Shown: piece after piece, positions 1-8,108 of the stretch
Numbering within the stretch: the stretch's first letter is position 1
Layout of the letters: each line of letters begins with the position of its first letter
IMG/VR virus record: IMGVR_UViG_3300045988_164075
Direction: 5' to 3' (one strand)
Origin: a virus
Length of the DNA stretch: 64,000 nucleotides
Program-made: the position numbers and the translations under genes
Notes under the pieces: model-generated
The model's database searches: none
The model's input: only the letters and a program-made list of their open reading frames with translations
Told to the model about the DNA's origin: nothing

Positions 1-155
1 ATTTTGCCGTCTATAAAAGTGATTTTATAGATAATGATCGGGCAATATCGGCGAAGGCTAAGTTTTGGATCAATAACTATTTTAAAATAGATTTTGATAA
101 AGAATATGCTAACGCCGAGATAACTAAAGAAATTAAAGAATCTTTAGTATCGTAA
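1..155 (+). CDS. 3' end of an ORF inside an intron (possible homing-endonuclease C-terminus), partial
   Basis: Open frame from position 3 reads FAVYKSDF...KESLVS and ends at TAA 153-155. Intron-like RNA sequence follows directly. Confidence 0.3.
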   Translation, partial: FAVYKSDFIDNDRAISAKAKFWINNYFKIDFDKEYANAEITKEIKESLVS

Positions 156-305
156 CGCATAGGAAATGAAACTTAAATTAAGAATATAATTTTCCCACGA
201 GTGTCCGATGCCCTTAACAAATAAAGTTGTGGGGGGTGAAAACATATGCTGACCTTATAGGAAACTATAAGAAGTAAAGGATAAAAAGCCTTTACGATAA
301 CAATG
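1..305 (+). mobile_element. group I-type intron, 3' portion (5' end outside window)
   Basis: 156-305 parallels the 3' domains of the polB intron at 28346-28607 and the RNAP intron at 40586-40942: hairpin cttatagg-aaa-ctataag, hairpin taaagg-ataaaaa-cctttа-like, then gataaca...G. It ends in G at 305. Confidence 0.5.
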
Positions 306-532
306 TGAAAACAGGACGTATTTTAGCTTCTAAAAGCGATGCAATTGGGTATTTGTATCGCGATGATGAATCTAACACTATTTTAAGCTTCAATACTAAT
401 GATAAATTTGTTGAATGTGGAGCAAGACCTGCTCATCTTAGAAATAAAGATATTGTTTTAGGTAAATATCAAGAAGATGGAACAGTTGTTTATGATTGGA
501 CTCAAATTTATCCTTCGTTAAGAAATGCTTAA
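306..532 (+). CDS. downstream exon of an unidentified split gene
   Basis: Open frame continues from the intron 3' G (KTGRILASKSDAIGYLYRDD...) to TAA at 530-532. No TGA in frame. Confidence 0.4.
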
Positions 533-1046
533 AATATCATTTGATTTTGATGAAACAACTAAAAAGGTATCAAATTTAACTGTTACTAATTCGACTTCTG
601 TTACTGTTAAACGAGATACTACTGGAAAAGCTATTGTAGAAGTTACTGCAAATAAATTAATTATTTCAGATACGGCTTTAGCTTTCCTAGATGCTAATCC
701 TGAAGATAGAATATCTATCAATTATTTTCAGGAATCAAAAGAAAAAACATTTCCTGTAATTGCTAAATCTGAATACTTTACAGATAAAAAAGCAGGAAAT
801 AAATTAACAAAATCTAATACTGTGTCTTTTAGAGGAAATCAAAGGACAATATTATTAGAATATGGAACTGTTTTTGAATTACAACCATTTAAAGAACATA
901 TATTTAAACTAGCTCCTTTGAACGATAGTGATTCAGAAATAGTTTCAGAAGAATTAAAAGATGAAGAAATTGAGTTAGAAGATATTGCAAACGAAATTAT
1001 TACTAACTCTACAGTTTCTGATGAAGAAGATTCTCTTCCGTTTTAA
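525..1046 (+). CDS. acidic hypothetical protein with SSB-like C-terminal tip (EEDSLPF)
   Basis: Complete ATG-to-TAA ORF. The C-terminus SDEEDSLPF resembles the acidic D-D-D-I-P-F tail of bacterial SSB. Confidence 0.6.
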   Translation: MLKISFDFDETTKKVSNLTVTNSTSVTVKRDTTGKAIVEVTANKLIISDTALAFLDANPEDRISINYFQESKEKTFPVIAKSEYFTDKKAGNKLTKSNTVSFRGNQRTILLEYGTVFELQPFKEHIFKLAPLNDSDSEIVSEELKDEEIELEDIANEIITNSTVSDEEDSLPF

Positions 1047-1088
1047 TTAATACAGAAAAATTAATAAATTATTATAAATTAATATACT

Positions 1089-1775
1089 ATGGGAAATATG
1101 TTTGATATGGGTGCAGTTGCAACTGCACGAGTGGTAGAAAATAATCGTCTTAAATGTGGAATTCATGATGTAATATTTAAAGGGATTGAACGTGGAGAGG
1201 ACTTTGGTCCTAATGCAGTAGGTACTATTGATATTCATTTTGAAGCTGTAGACGGTTCTGGTATTTTCGATGATAAGATGTTTGAGCCAACTTCGGCTGA
1301 ACGTAAGACTACAACTGATCGTAATGGAGTTGAACGTGAACAGGCTTCTCCTGCTGAACAATTTATGGCTAAATGTAAACAACTTATTATGGCCTTGAAT
1401 CCTGAAGCTGGTGAAAAAATTGAAAAAGGAGAGGCTCAGTTTAAAGCAAGTTCGTTTGATGGTATCGTAAAACTTTTGAAAAAGATTCTTGATTCAAAAG
1501 TTGGTACGCAAACTCAAATTAAACTGCTTCCAAATAAAAATGGATACGCAAGTCTTCCTAGTTATGTAGCTAGTATTAATAGAGAGGGGATTGTTTATAT
1601 TAGTTCTAAAGTAATTGGCAAGGATTTGACTCTTTCTTCATATGAAATGTCTCGAATTCAAGCTGCTGCGACTGCAACTCCAACAAATATGACAAAATCT
1701 GATAACGTACTAAGTGATATGAAATCAGATTTTGGAGCAGCAGATGCAAATGAAGATGACGACCTTCCTTTCTAG
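1089..1775 (+). CDS. single-stranded-DNA-binding-like protein (C-terminal NEDDDLPF)
   Basis: Complete ATG-to-TAG ORF. The acidic C-terminal tip DDDLPF is the SSB partner-recruitment motif. Confidence 0.55.
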   Translation: MGNMFDMGAVATARVVENNRLKCGIHDVIFKGIERGEDFGPNAVGTIDIHFEAVDGSGIFDDKMFEPTSAERKTTTDRNGVEREQASPAEQFMAKCKQLIMALNPEAGEKIEKGEAQFKASSFDGIVKLLKKILDSKVGTQTQIKLLPNKNGYASLPSYVASINREGIVYISSKVIGKDLTLSSYEMSRIQAAATATPTNMTKSDNVLSDMKSDFGAADANEDDDLPF

Positions 1776-1791
1776 TATTTAAATATATTTA

Positions 1792-2841
1792 GTGAATTAT
1801 ACATTAGAACCGACAGTTACCAAAGAATTGATTTTATCAAAAGTGCGAGAAGAAACTCTAATGGAGCATTATTTAGGTATTCCTGTCAAAAAAGGCTTAT
1901 TTAAGTCTCCACTTAGAGTTGATTCTCGTCCAACTTGTGCTTTTTACAGAAATAAAAAAGGCACAATTATCTTTAAAGATTTTCGAGGAGATTTTTCTGG
2001 AGATTGTGTATCGGTAGTAATGTATAAATTTGGCTGCTCCTTTTACAAAGCATTACAAATAATTGCAAATGATTTTGGAATAATCTCTAGAAAAGATTTA
2101 ACCATTAATCCATCAAAAATTAAGAAATATTCTGAAACGAAGTTTGAAGATAAAGGTAATGCTATTATTCAAGTAGAGTTAAAAGATTGAAATAGATTTG
2201 AATTAGATTGGTGACAATCGTTTGGAATCTCGCAGGAAACTTTAAAGAAATTTAGAGTTTACTCGTGTAAAAATGTGTTTTTAAATGGAGAAATATTTCA
2301 CTTATATAAAGAAAACCAGCTAGTATTTGGATATTTTGGAGGAATAAAAGATGATATAGAACAATGAAGAATCTACTATCCAGGTAATAGAAAATATAAG
2401 TTTATTTCTAATTGAAAGCAAATTCAATTACAAGGTGCTAAACAACTTCCAAGAAATGGCGGAGAATATTTAGTTATTACAAAATCTCTAAAAGATGTAA
2501 TGACTATATATGAATGTAGTAATCTTCCAGCTATTGCTCCAATTTCTGAAAACTGTTTTATAACTGATTCACAATATCAACGTTTAAAAGCTAAGTTTAA
2601 GAAAATTGTTTTATTCTATGATTCGGACATTGCTGGGATTTCTAGTATGAATAAGATTAGAAAAAAATATCCAGATTTATTTATTGTATTTATTCCGAGA
2701 AAGTATCATTGTAAAGATATTTCAGATTTTTATAAAAAGTACGGATTAGATAAAACAATTAACTTAATTAATACAGCAAAACAATATATTGATGAAGAAG
2801 ACAGTATCAGAAGAAATAAAACCAAAGAGGAAACGATCTAA
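1792..2841 (+). CDS. DnaG/TOPRIM-type DNA primase
   Basis: GTG start. ORFs 1792-2190 and 2500-2841 share a frame and are joined through 5 in-frame TGA. LVITKSLKDVM and VLFYDSDIAG resemble the TOPRIM E...DxD region. The N-terminus has a Cys-containing finger-like segment. Confidence 0.6.
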
Positions 2842-3193
2842 AGGATATTCTAGAGTCAAAGGACATTCGTATGAAGTTAGAATAGCTAAGGAGTTAAGAG
2901 AACTAGGATTTACTGGAATAGTAACTTCAAGATCTGAAAGTAAAAGAGCAGATGATAATAAACAGGATTTAATTGATACAGAACAAAAACTACCTTTAGG
3001 AATACAACTGAAATGTGTACAAAATACTCCTAGTTATTTTAAGATTAGAGAAGAATCGTCTATTAATAACGAAGATTTCGTATTAATTTGAAATAAACAA
3101 GAAAAGAAGGAAATAAATATTTGTTCTGTTGGAGAAGCTGTTATTATGGATAAGAAACTATTTTATAAGCTTATTAAAAAATATTATTTGTAA
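2789..3193 (+). CDS. small basic protein, possible PD-(D/E)XK-type resolvase/nuclease
   Basis: ORF 2789-3091 continues through TGA 3089-3091 to TAA 3191-3193. The pattern GHSYEVRIA...DLID...IQLKC is nuclease-like. Weak call. Confidence 0.35.
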
Positions 3194-3196
3194 ACT

Positions 3197-3230
3197 AAAT
3201 AGGAGATCTTTTGATCTCCTATTTTTATTT
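3197..3230 (+). terminator. rho-independent terminator-like hairpin
   Basis: aaataggagatc-tttt-gatctcctattt followed by a T-rich run. Confidence 0.6.
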
Positions 3231-3239
3231 TATTAAAAT

Positions 3240-3716
3240 ATGAAAATTATTATTCAATCTTTTGGAGATATTATAACTAATTCTAGTACTGAAACCTTTT
3301 GTATAAGTAATGGTTCAGTTAGCGACCTACAATTACTTATTGATACTATTTTAAAAGTTTATGGTATAAATAATTCATCGATTATTGTTAAAGAAATAGT
3401 TGATTATGATTCATTAAGTGATTTGTCTAGTGGCCAGGTAGAAACTCTAGCTGAAATTGTCTATGAAAATTCTGGTATTGATTCTAATACTTTTCTAGAA
3501 TATGCTAGTTTAGGCAAATGGAATCTACTTGAAAATATGCTCTCAAATGTAGGTAGTAGTCTTTTAGAAATGGCTAAAATATATAATGATACTGTACAGT
3601 ACGGTTTAATTTTTACTCGTTATACAATTGAAACTACTATACCTAATACAGATGCATTAAAACAGCAAATTGAAAATTTGTCGGATTTATTTAGTTTCGG
3701 AGAATATGAATACTAA
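3240..3716 (+). CDS. QS-x2-DIITNSS family paralog 1
   Basis: N-terminus MKIIIQSFGDIITNSSTETFC. TAA stop, no in-frame TGA. Confidence 0.75.
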   Translation: MKIIIQSFGDIITNSSTETFCISNGSVSDLQLLIDTILKVYGINNSSIIVKEIVDYDSLSDLSSGQVETLAEIVYENSGIDSNTFLEYASLGKWNLLENMLSNVGSSLLEMAKIYNDTVQYGLIFTRYTIETTIPNTDALKQQIENLSDLFSFGEYEY

Positions 3717-4218
3717 AATTTTATTTGAATTTAATATTCAATCTATAACTGATATTATTACAAATAGTTCTAGCGAATTATTTGTATTTAAAAATAGAGA
3801 GCTTGAAGATTTAGTATTAATTCTTTCTTTAATTCATCCTTGTTGGAACCTGGAATATAATGAACCAATACAGGTTAATAGAATGCGTGATGATGAATTA
3901 GTTACATATTTAGAATGGGTATATGGTGGGTCAGATTTTGATTATGAAATTAGAAATATTCCTATTACTAAGGAAAATACAAAACGTACAGGAGTTGCTA
4001 AACATTTTGGATTAAAACCAAAATTTGTTTATGAAGATTACGAAAATTGGGATCCTAATATAAATAAACTTAGTCTTAAATATCTGCCTGAAGGTTTAAG
4101 AACAATTCGAGCAATGATCCCTGATACTACCTTTGCAATGTATTCTAAAGACGATAATCCTACATGGGAATATCAAGAAAAATTTGAACGACTTGGTAAA
4201 CGTTATCATCTAGGTTAA
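3706..4218 (+). CDS. QS-x2-DIITNSS family paralog 2
   Basis: ATG at 3706 gives MNTKILFEFNIQSITDIITNSSSELFVF. It overlaps paralog 1 by 11 nt. TAA stop. Confidence 0.7.
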   Translation: MNTKILFEFNIQSITDIITNSSSELFVFKNRELEDLVLILSLIHPCWNLEYNEPIQVNRMRDDELVTYLEWVYGGSDFDYEIRNIPITKENTKRTGVAKHFGLKPKFVYEDYENWDPNINKLSLKYLPEGLRTIRAMIPDTTFAMYSKDDNPTWEYQEKFERLGKRYHLG

Positions 4219-4219
4219 A

Positions 4220-4612
4220 ATGAAAATAATTATTTTAAAAACTCAATCTTTCTCGGATATTATTACTAATAGTAGTAGTGAATTATTTGTAGTTAAAGGA
4301 GATAGATATAGCAGTGCATTTGAAGATTTTTTATATGTAGAAAATATAGGAGACCTTCAGTGGTATCTTGAACGAAAAGAAATACTCTTACCTGAAATAA
4401 GAAAATATCTTAAAAATCCACCTAAAACAATATGTGACGGGTTTGATATAGATGACTATCGAAACGCGCTACGAGAAGCAATTAAAAACAATGATTTAGA
4501 TAAGTATAAAAATTGTTCTTTTGTAGTTTTAGGGGATCATATGGATTATGATACATGGCAATCTATAAAAGATTCTTTATATCCGAATATATATTATGAA
4601 AGTTGGCATTAA
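4220..4612 (+). CDS. QS-x2-DIITNSS family paralog 3
   Basis: MKIIILKTQSFSDIITNSSSELFVV. It starts 1 nt after the previous stop. Confidence 0.75.
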   Translation: MKIIILKTQSFSDIITNSSSELFVVKGDRYSSAFEDFLYVENIGDLQWYLERKEILLPEIRKYLKNPPKTICDGFDIDDYRNALREAIKNNDLDKYKNCSFVVLGDHMDYDTWQSIKDSLYPNIYYESWH

Positions 4613-4907
4613 TATTCAGTCTTATGTTGATGTAATTACTAATTCATCAACTACTGTGTTTTGCTCTATAGAAAGTGATTTTGAGACGATAATTCAAAAT
4701 ATTGAAGATTATTTAAATTCTTTTCTTCCATTTAAAGTTAAATATCATAGATCGTGTATTATTAAAACATATTCAATTACATTTGAGGTGGAATATGGAG
4801 AAAATGAAGAACTTACTGAAAATATATGTGCACTAATTGAACAATTGCTTTCTGAGCATTTTCCGAATGGAGGATATTTTGTAACAAGTGGATATGAATA
4901 TAATTAA
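4596..4907 (+). CDS. QS-x2-DIITNSS family paralog 4
   Basis: MKVGINIQSYVDVITNSSTTVFCS. It overlaps the previous gene by 17 nt. Confidence 0.75.
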   Translation: MKVGINIQSYVDVITNSSTTVFCSIESDFETIIQNIEDYLNSFLPFKVKYHRSCIIKTYSITFEVEYGENEELTENICALIEQLLSEHFPNGGYFVTSGYEYN

Positions 4908-5190
4908 TATACAAAGTATTACTGATATAGTTACAAATAGCAGTACAGAGGTATTTATTCGTGTAAAGGAGACTGCTATTAACACAGTTAAAGAGCTTAT
5001 TAATGATCTTCTTAAAATAAGCGGATCTACACTTCAAGCAGATGATTTATTTACAATTGAAATATTATATGATGATAGTTCAGATTTAATGGTTACTCCA
5101 AAACAAGATACAACAGAGTGTATTGAAGCGGCTGTAATTCTTTCTTCTTTAAGAAGTTTATTTAATTATGAAGTACATGAAGATCGATAA
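4888..5190 (+). CDS. QS-x2-DIITNSS family paralog 5
   Basis: MDMNIINIQSITDIVTNSSTEVFI. It overlaps the previous gene. Confidence 0.75.
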   Translation: MDMNIINIQSITDIVTNSSTEVFIRVKETAINTVKELINDLLKISGSTLQADDLFTIEILYDDSSDLMVTPKQDTTECIEAAVILSSLRSLFNYEVHEDR

Positions 5191-5545
5191 ATTAATTCCA
5201 ATTCAAAGCTATTCAGATATTATAACTAATAGTTCATCTGAATTATTTTGTACTATAACTTCTGAAAAACATCTTAAAGAAATATATCAGATATTAGATA
5301 GTATCGTTGGATATAGGCAAGAACCAGAAATAGATGTTTGTATTAATTACTGTTCTAAATCTAACATCGAAGAATCAGAACTAAAAAGTCAGTTTTATAA
5401 AGAATTGCCAGATAAATGGATTGAAGTAGATTATCCTTATTATAAGAATTCCGTAAAAGAATTTTATATTTCTGGTTTTGAAGGAATTTTAAATAAGAAA
5501 ATAGGTAAAGCAAATTATAAAATTAGATATTATTTAGGAGATTAA
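5168..5545 (+). CDS. QS-x2-DIITNSS family paralog 6
   Basis: MKYMKIDKLIPIQSYSDIITNSSSELFCT. It overlaps the previous gene and ends 3 nt before the radical SAM start. Confidence 0.75.
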   Translation: MKYMKIDKLIPIQSYSDIITNSSSELFCTITSEKHLKEIYQILDSIVGYRQEPEIDVCINYCSKSNIEESELKSQFYKELPDKWIEVDYPYYKNSVKEFYISGFEGILNKKIGKANYKIRYYLGD

Positions 5546-5548
5546 ATT

Positions 5549-5839
5549 ATGAAAGATTGGACAAGTTGGGGAATTAAAAGAAGAGTATTTCCAGATAAAA
5601 ATTATAATGCAATATGGTATAATCTCAAAACACTCCGATTAGGAACAGGACAGGCTAGCGAACTTGATTATCCTGAGTTTTATGATATTGGAATTAATAC
5701 TAAGTGTAATCTTAATTGTCCAATGTGTTATGTTAGTGCTAAAAGTTCGGGAGTAAATTATACCGATATTTGTGAAAAGGCTAAATTCTTTTTTGGACAA
5801 ATGACAGGAAATGAAAGGCCATTTCAAGTGGCAATTGGT
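5549..5839 (+). CDS. radical SAM enzyme, exon 1
   Basis: CNLNCPMCYV is the CxxxCxxC Fe-S/SAM motif. The standard ORF dies at TAA 5843-5845 just after QVAIG. The exon ends in U. Confidence 0.8.
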
Positions 5840-5872
5840 GAATAATAATTTTAGTATTAATTTATAAGTATA

Positions 5873-5904
5873 TTTGGTTGTAGTGTAAATACTGCCTATT
5901 TTTG
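5873..5904 (+). promoter_or_regulatory. Bacteroidota-type promoter (-33 TTTG / -7 TAnnTTTG) inside the intron
   Basis: TTTG at 5873-5876, a 20-nt spacer, then TATTTTTG at 5897-5904, upstream of the endonuclease ATG at 5929. Confidence 0.5.
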
Positions 5905-5928
5905 TATTATAATAAAAATAAATATATT

Positions 5929-7062
5929 ATGATACAATGTGGAATTTACAGGATCCTCAATACTATTAATAATAAGTTTTATATAGGATCGTCAGTAAAC
6001 TTAAGAAAAAGGCTTTATGAACATCGAAGATTACTTCGTTTAGGTAAACATGAGAATTATCATCTACAAAACGCGTTTACTAAATACGGAGAAGAAAATT
6101 TCAAGTTTGAAATTATAGAAGTTTTAAAAGAAGTACCAAAAGATATTAGAGTATTAAGAGATTTAGAAACAGATTATATCCAAAAGTTTAAATCTTATGA
6201 TCAGTCTATTGGATATAATGTAATTAAAGGAGGAATAGGTACAATTAATACTCCTTGTTCAGAAGAAAAACGACAAAAAATTTCAGAAAGTAATAAAGGT
6301 AAGTCTGCGTGAAACAAAAATGTTCCTATGACTGAAGAACAAAAACAATTACTGAAAAAAATTCAAACTAGCGCCCGAGGGAAATCTATTGACGTTTATA
6401 CTTTAGAAGGAGAATTTATTGAAACTATTGGATCGATTAGAGAAGCTAACCGTAAATATTGTTGTGGACGAAATACAATCAAAAATTGCTGCGAAGGTTT
6501 AACATTACCTAAAAAACATATTTTTGTTTATCATGGAGATTCGTTAGATATTATAGCCAAAAATAGAGTTACAATATCAGATGAAGATAAACGATTAAAT
6601 ATTGAGAAAAGTAGAGAATGCCGTGGATATACAGTTGATGTATACAATATGTCTGGAGAATTGGTAGATGTTGTAAAGGGGCTTGAAGCTGCATCAGAAA
6701 AATACGGAATGATTTCGCATAATATTTCTAAACAGATGCGAGAAAAAATAAATGGGAAAGGTCCATATACGTTTAGGCATCATAATGATTTTTCAGTTTA
6801 TGTATATTCTATATATAACAATAATGATTTACTTTATCGGTCTTTTTCTAAAAAATGTATTCGCGAATATTTAAGCAAAAATAAAATTCGTCTTGGACAA
6901 GCATTTAGTAGATTAATTTCTGAATCTTTAACTTCTATTTCAAAATATACTTATCAAATTAAATACGAAATCGCCCATACTGGAAGTAATTCTGGTATTG
7001 AATCGCGCCAATCCGAAGAAATAAATTCGGAGGTCTCTAATGAGGCTAACGGTGAAACCTAA
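5929..7062 (+). CDS. GIY-YIG homing endonuclease (I-TevI-like)
   Basis: GIYRILNTINNKFYIGSSVNLRKRLYEHRR is the GIY-YIG motif. ORFs 5902-6312 and 6328-7062 are one frame joined through TGA 6310-6312. The C-terminal half is repeat-like. Confidence 0.85.
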
Positions 7063-7231
7063 GTCAGAAGTGATATGGTAACACCGTGCTAACTTTAAAG
7101 GTAATATGTTAAAGTAGTGTAACGAGTATGGATGAACCTTCTAACGAAGAATATAAAACTTTGAAGGGCGCGACATCCTTTATAGGATGAAAATGTACTC
7201 TGTGGTAATAGAAATATTACTGTCGCCAACG

Positions 7232-7843
7232 TCAACAGGCGAACCAAGTTTGCACGAAAGCTTCTGTGAATTTCTTGAAACGTTGTTTTACTTAGGAATT
7301 GTTCCAAACTATACAACGAACGGTATTACTATAGCAGAAGACTCTGATCTTAGTACTAAAATACTTGACTATACCTCTCGTTTTGTTGGAGGAGTTGCTG
7401 TTTCTGCTAATGAGTGGTCAGAACATATTGGTAAAGCATGGAGGAGAGCTATATATAAATTAGATACTTTTGGGAATACAAATATTAATATTCACTATAT
7501 TATTAAAGATATTGAAAGTGTTAATAAATTCTTAGATATTTATAAAGAATTTAAATATACAGTATTATACTTTGTGTTACTACCTCTTATGCCATCTGGT
7601 AGATCAAAAGAAAAGTATAGTGAAGATGCATTTGAATATTTACTTCAACAAGATTTAGATTGGGGTAAAATTGCATTTGGTGCACATTTTTATAATTCAT
7701 TACTCAATCAAAATAAAATTAAATGCTATTTATATCCTCCTGAGAGTCTATCTAAAAATCTTCTTTTAGATAGTACTATTAAAGTAACACCATCGTCATT
7801 TAACTTAAATCCTATAAAAGAAATTAAATATGAATACATGTAA
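7232..7843 (+). CDS. radical SAM enzyme, exon 2
   Basis: STGEPSLHESF...VPNYTTNGITI matches the GEP and TNG motifs of the radical SAM core. No Cys-rich SPASM tail. TAA stop. Confidence 0.75.
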   Translation, partial: STGEPSLHESFCEFLETLFYLGIVPNYTTNGITIAEDSDLSTKILDYTSRFVGGVAVSANEWSEHIGKAWRRAIYKLDTFGNTNINIHYIIKDIESVNKFLDIYKEFKYTVLYFVLLPLMPSGRSKEKYSEDAFEYLLQQDLDWGKIAFGAHFYNSLLNQNKIKCYLYPPESLSKNLLLDSTIKVTPSSFNLNPIKEIKYEYM

Positions 7844-8048
7844 AGTTACATTTGAAAATTCAAATGGGCAACAAGTTATTGTAATACTTTCTTTAAATAA
7901 AGAAAAGAACGAACTTGATATGAAACTTGGATTTTCTCCAAAAGTTGATCCTCATACTGATCTCGGATTAGCTGGACAATTTGCAGATATTTTCTGTAAA
8001 GCTCTTGGAGCTAATAATGAATCTACTCCATCTGAAAAACAACAATAA
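7830..8048 (+). CDS. small hypothetical protein, last gene of the operon
   Basis: ATG overlaps the radical SAM 3' end by 14 nt. TAA stop, then a terminator hairpin. Confidence 0.55.
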   Translation: MNTCKVTFENSNGQQVIVILSLNKEKNELDMKLGFSPKVDPHTDLGLAGQFADIFCKALGANNESTPSEKQQ

Positions 8049-8061
8049 TATATTATACTTA

Positions 8062-8096
8062 AGTCCGCGTTAGACCTTTTTAACGCGGACTATTTA
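8062..8096 (+). terminator. terminator-like hairpin
   Basis: agtccgcgtta-gaccttt-ttaacgcggact, an 11-bp perfect stem. The trailing T run is weak. Confidence 0.5.
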
Positions 8097-8108
8097 TAAT
8101 CTTTTAAT

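Larger units (their letters stand above)
5840..7231 (+). mobile_element. group I-type intron carrying a GIY-YIG endonuclease gene
   Basis: It separates QVAIG from STGEPSLH (the G-x-GEP region of radical SAM enzymes). The 5' exon ends in U and the insert ends in G. The GC-richer segment 7040-7231 after the ORF looks structured. Confidence 0.65.

Noticed and set aside
518-721. Antisense or alternative-frame track ORFs, for example 518-721(-), 1047-1382(-), 4813-5037(-), 9126-9407(-), 20213-20509(-), 28213-28555(-), 31118-31384(+), 31126-31365(-), 34457-34672(+), 37706-38101(+), 46500-46706(+), 59251-59914(+), 60255-60677(+) and 60976-61176(-).
   Set aside because: Each lies wholly inside a longer ORF on the other strand or in another frame that has recognisable motifs or continuity. 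Their translations are low-complexity Ile/Leu/Phe/Asn-rich strings, as expected from AT-rich antisense sequence.
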